Source: Takakia lepidozioides
Taxonomy: Eukaryota; Plantae; Bryophyta
DNA length: 64,000 bases
Reading direction: 5' to 3'
Assembly (NCBI GenBank): GCA_030704615.1
Contig: CM060733.1
Span: forward strand, 69,688,001-69,752,000
Shown here: one piece after another, positions 61,150 to 64,000 of the stretch
How the letters are laid out: every line of letters begins with the position of its first letter
Position numbering within the stretch: position 1 is the stretch's first letter
Notes under the pieces: model-generated
Told to the model about the DNA's origin: nothing
Database searches by the model: none
The model's input: the letters and a program-made list of their open reading frames with translations, nothing else
Position numbers and translations under genes: made by a program

Positions 61150-63634
61150 TCCCAGCCTTTCATGTGGTGTGATGGTAGCCTCCTTAGGGAAATTCAGAAG
61201 GCAATTTTTGAAGGCCTTGTCTTGCCATCTAGCCACATAATTGTGGGTGACAAATTTGCATAGCTTGGATTTAAGATAATCCATGAAATAGGCAGCATTG
61301 GTTTCCTAGTGGGCCAGTCTTAAAATGGCTTTGTCCTCCCCATGCTTGTTTTTACCTGCTGCTGTTTCAAGTCACATCGCCATCAAAAAAGTTGCATGGA
61401 TTCTGGATCCACTTCCCGTGGGCATACTTTTAAGGTATTCACACCACAAGCACTGCAATCAGCATGTAAACAACTTGATTTGTACCACTCATCAGTATCC
61501 CTTTGGGACAAACTACTGCCTGCCAAAGTGTAGTTGTGCCAGGAAAAGACTGTGTGTGAGCCACACACATCCCAGTAGGTAGGACATCAAGGCTTTCATG
61601 CCCACATACCTCAGAACAATGACATGTACACGAGTCACCATGGATGCCTTTTATTGCCGATCTCATGTTGTTCCACCCCTGCTTCAATCCTTGCATCTCT
61701 GTGTGATATTTGCAACAACAAGTGTTCCTTTCAGTAAGACGACGCACGTACCAAGGCTTTAGATACTCAAATGATCTTAGCCCAACCATTAGAGTAGGGT
61801 ATGCTGTTTGGAAGCGCGTGTAAAAGTCAAATACACAACATGTCAATCACTCCATGATGCATATTGTGTCAGGTTATAATTATATACATATGCAACTGAC
61901 TCCTATCTTAATGGGTCACATGACTACTTTGATACTAACTCCTGCTCTTAACTCCTACCCTAAGGTGTAACTATTGTGACATTTGCATAATTACTTTATT
62001 GTTGCTACTGAGTCCTGCATTCAGTAGATGAGTGTAGGAATAAATGGCTGGAGGAGTTACTGGAGGAGTTACATAATGGATGCAGGAATCAATAGCAATA
62101 GTAGTATATAGTTACTGATTGATTATTGCTGCTGAATCCTACCTTTAGTAATTACTTACTATACTAGTGGTACTAATTCTTGCCTTTAGTAATTACTTAT
62201 TCTACTAGTGGTACTGATTCCTGCCTTTAGTAATTACTTATTCTACTAGTGGTACTGATTCCTGCCTTTAGGAATTACTTATTCTACTAGTGGTCCTGAT
62301 TCCTGCCTTTAGCAATTACTTACTCTACTAGTGGTACTGATTCCTGCCTTTAGCAATTACTTACTCTACTAGTGGTACTGATTCCTGCCTTTAGCAGTTA
62401 CTTACTCTACTAGTAATACTAATTCCTGCCTCTAGCAATTACTTACTCTACTAGTAGTACCGATTCATGTCTTTAGCAATTACTTACTCTACTAGTGGTA
62501 CTGATAGCTATCATTAGGATACTGCAGTACTGCACTAACTCCTACAAAACAAGGGCTTTATGATGTAGTAGCCCTAGTGAGTGCAACTAACACTTACACA
62601 AACCAGGCCATAATATATATATACTACAACAACATATATACCTGATCCTGAAATCTTCAGAGGTCTTGTCCTACCTAGTAAGTAAGTACTCTAACAATGT
62701 ACAAACTCCTAAAAAAGTAAGATACTTAAAGAAGGAGAATTCTGGTCAGTCTAACATGCTGAAAGCAAACTGTTCAGGATCTATGTAGGTTGCTGAGAAG
62801 ATGGACATGCAATTGAACACAGAATTTAACAACAAGTGTAGAGAGGAGAAACCTGAGACTCTTGAAGATAGTGTGCGGCACATGTCTCATAATCTTTTGG
62901 CCCCCTGCGACGTCGAGTAACATCATTTTTGTTTGGTGACACGTGATTTCTGTTGTCCACCACTCTGTTACTAGCGTCTGCACTTCTTTAGTCAACCCAT
63001 CAGCTTGCTTACTCTCCATTTGCCACAACGGTTGCCCGGACTCATCAAGAAACTTTCATCTATTCATACCTTTTGAAAGCAGCTGCGATCTACGCCAAGG
63101 ACCTTCGTAGTCAATCTTACATTCTTAGTATGGCTGGAAGTTGCCACACTACAAACAATGCTCTTGGCTCTAGCGATATCTTTTCTCTGTCTCCCTTTTA
63201 CTTTGCTCTGCCATTCTCTAATACTATGTAAGGCAATTTGGTTTGCTCTAGCTTCTTTTGCATCAAGCAATAAGTTATAAGGCATAAAGGAATGCAAGCT
63301 GTGGGTGAGAGAGAACCTTCCCCATCACAATTTTCCAAACTTGTCAATTCATCTTCAATGACATGCACAATGCTATTCAAGCAGTTACCACTGCTCGTTC
63401 GTTCCCATAGCCATCCCTCTCTTCACAACACTCCATATCGCGTTCATGAACAACCACTTCAACGTCTCTTACAGCTTTGGCAACCCTTGAATCACGCCTA
63501 CGCTTTGCTTGTTCAGCCTTTCTACTTTGCTCTTCATCACATCTCGCTGCTGCTATCCTACTTCCCTTGCCTGGCCTGACCACTCCAGTGCCTTTGCGGC
63601 TGGCGTTTCTTTTGTTGCCCATGTAGTACGCCAC
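61150..63634 (-). pseudogene. Intron-containing Sola2-like DNA transposase, N-terminal part
   Basis: VTEWWTTE, SFEYLKPWYVRR..RNTCCCKYH, CLHADCSACG and FVTHNYVARWQDKAF. It is truncated before the expected first catalytic Asp. Confidence 0.6.
62135..62505. repeat. 41-bp minisatellite, about 9 copies, in the transposase intron
   Basis: Unit ATTCCTGCCTTTAG(T/C)AATTACTTA(T/C)TCTACTAGTGGTACTG. Confidence 0.95.
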
Positions 63635-64000
63635 AAAATCCCCAACTCACATTTGTCTGCAGCCACTGCGTGCCCACGCATCTCACCATAGCCTTAGTAC
63701 GTCAACATGGCAGATATCTATATACCTATTAGTTCAGAAGTAACGGGGACAGAAACATCGACTGAAGCAGTCGTCATAAATCAAGCAACAGGAGTATCCA
63801 ACAGATGAATGTGAGTATCCATGCTTCACACATGCATCACCTCATACACAAGGGAATCAACTTGCTCCCTTCACCTTCTAGCTCTCCTCAATCTTGAAGT
63901 TGGAAGCCACACTTGGGAAGCATGCTCCACATAAGCATCACTTGCTTGATCAACCATCCACCACAAAACTTAAGCAAAAAATGAATGAATACATGAGCTT

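Noticed and set aside
62135-62505. Possible CRISPR array (also 28170-28520)
   Set aside because: The units are head-to-tail with no unique spacers, there are no cas genes, and the context is eukaryotic.

Overview
Repeat-rich eukaryotic DNA, most likely from a non-seed land plant, judging by PLS-class PPR fragments, OSB-type PDF motifs and plant-type TE families. I found no clearly intact host gene. The window is a nest of degenerate mobile elements. It holds three Ty3/gypsy elements: 513-3341, 3342-13203 and a 15-kb LTR-to-LTR element at 18695-33648 with an ACAC TSD and ~8.7 kb of foreign cargo. A fourth gypsy-type fragment has a DNMT3-like cytosine methyltransferase in frame behind its protease (44300-45945), next to a ~430-bp-arm inverted repeat. 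An intron-containing ParB/Srx-like gene (two copies) and an intron-containing beta-class N4/N6 DNA-methyltransferase-like gene may be parts of one transposon-borne gene. A 5'-truncated RLE+RNase H LINE (53589-56734, 13-bp TSD) carries a chromodomain, a degenerate PCIF1/Dam-like domain and a structured 3' UTR. Also present are CACTA, MULE-like, Sola2-like, Penelope-like and other LINE remnants, mosaic PPR/PDF/CDC20/Sec13 fragments and several tandem arrays. All domain calls come from motif recognition by eye and need profile searches to confirm.
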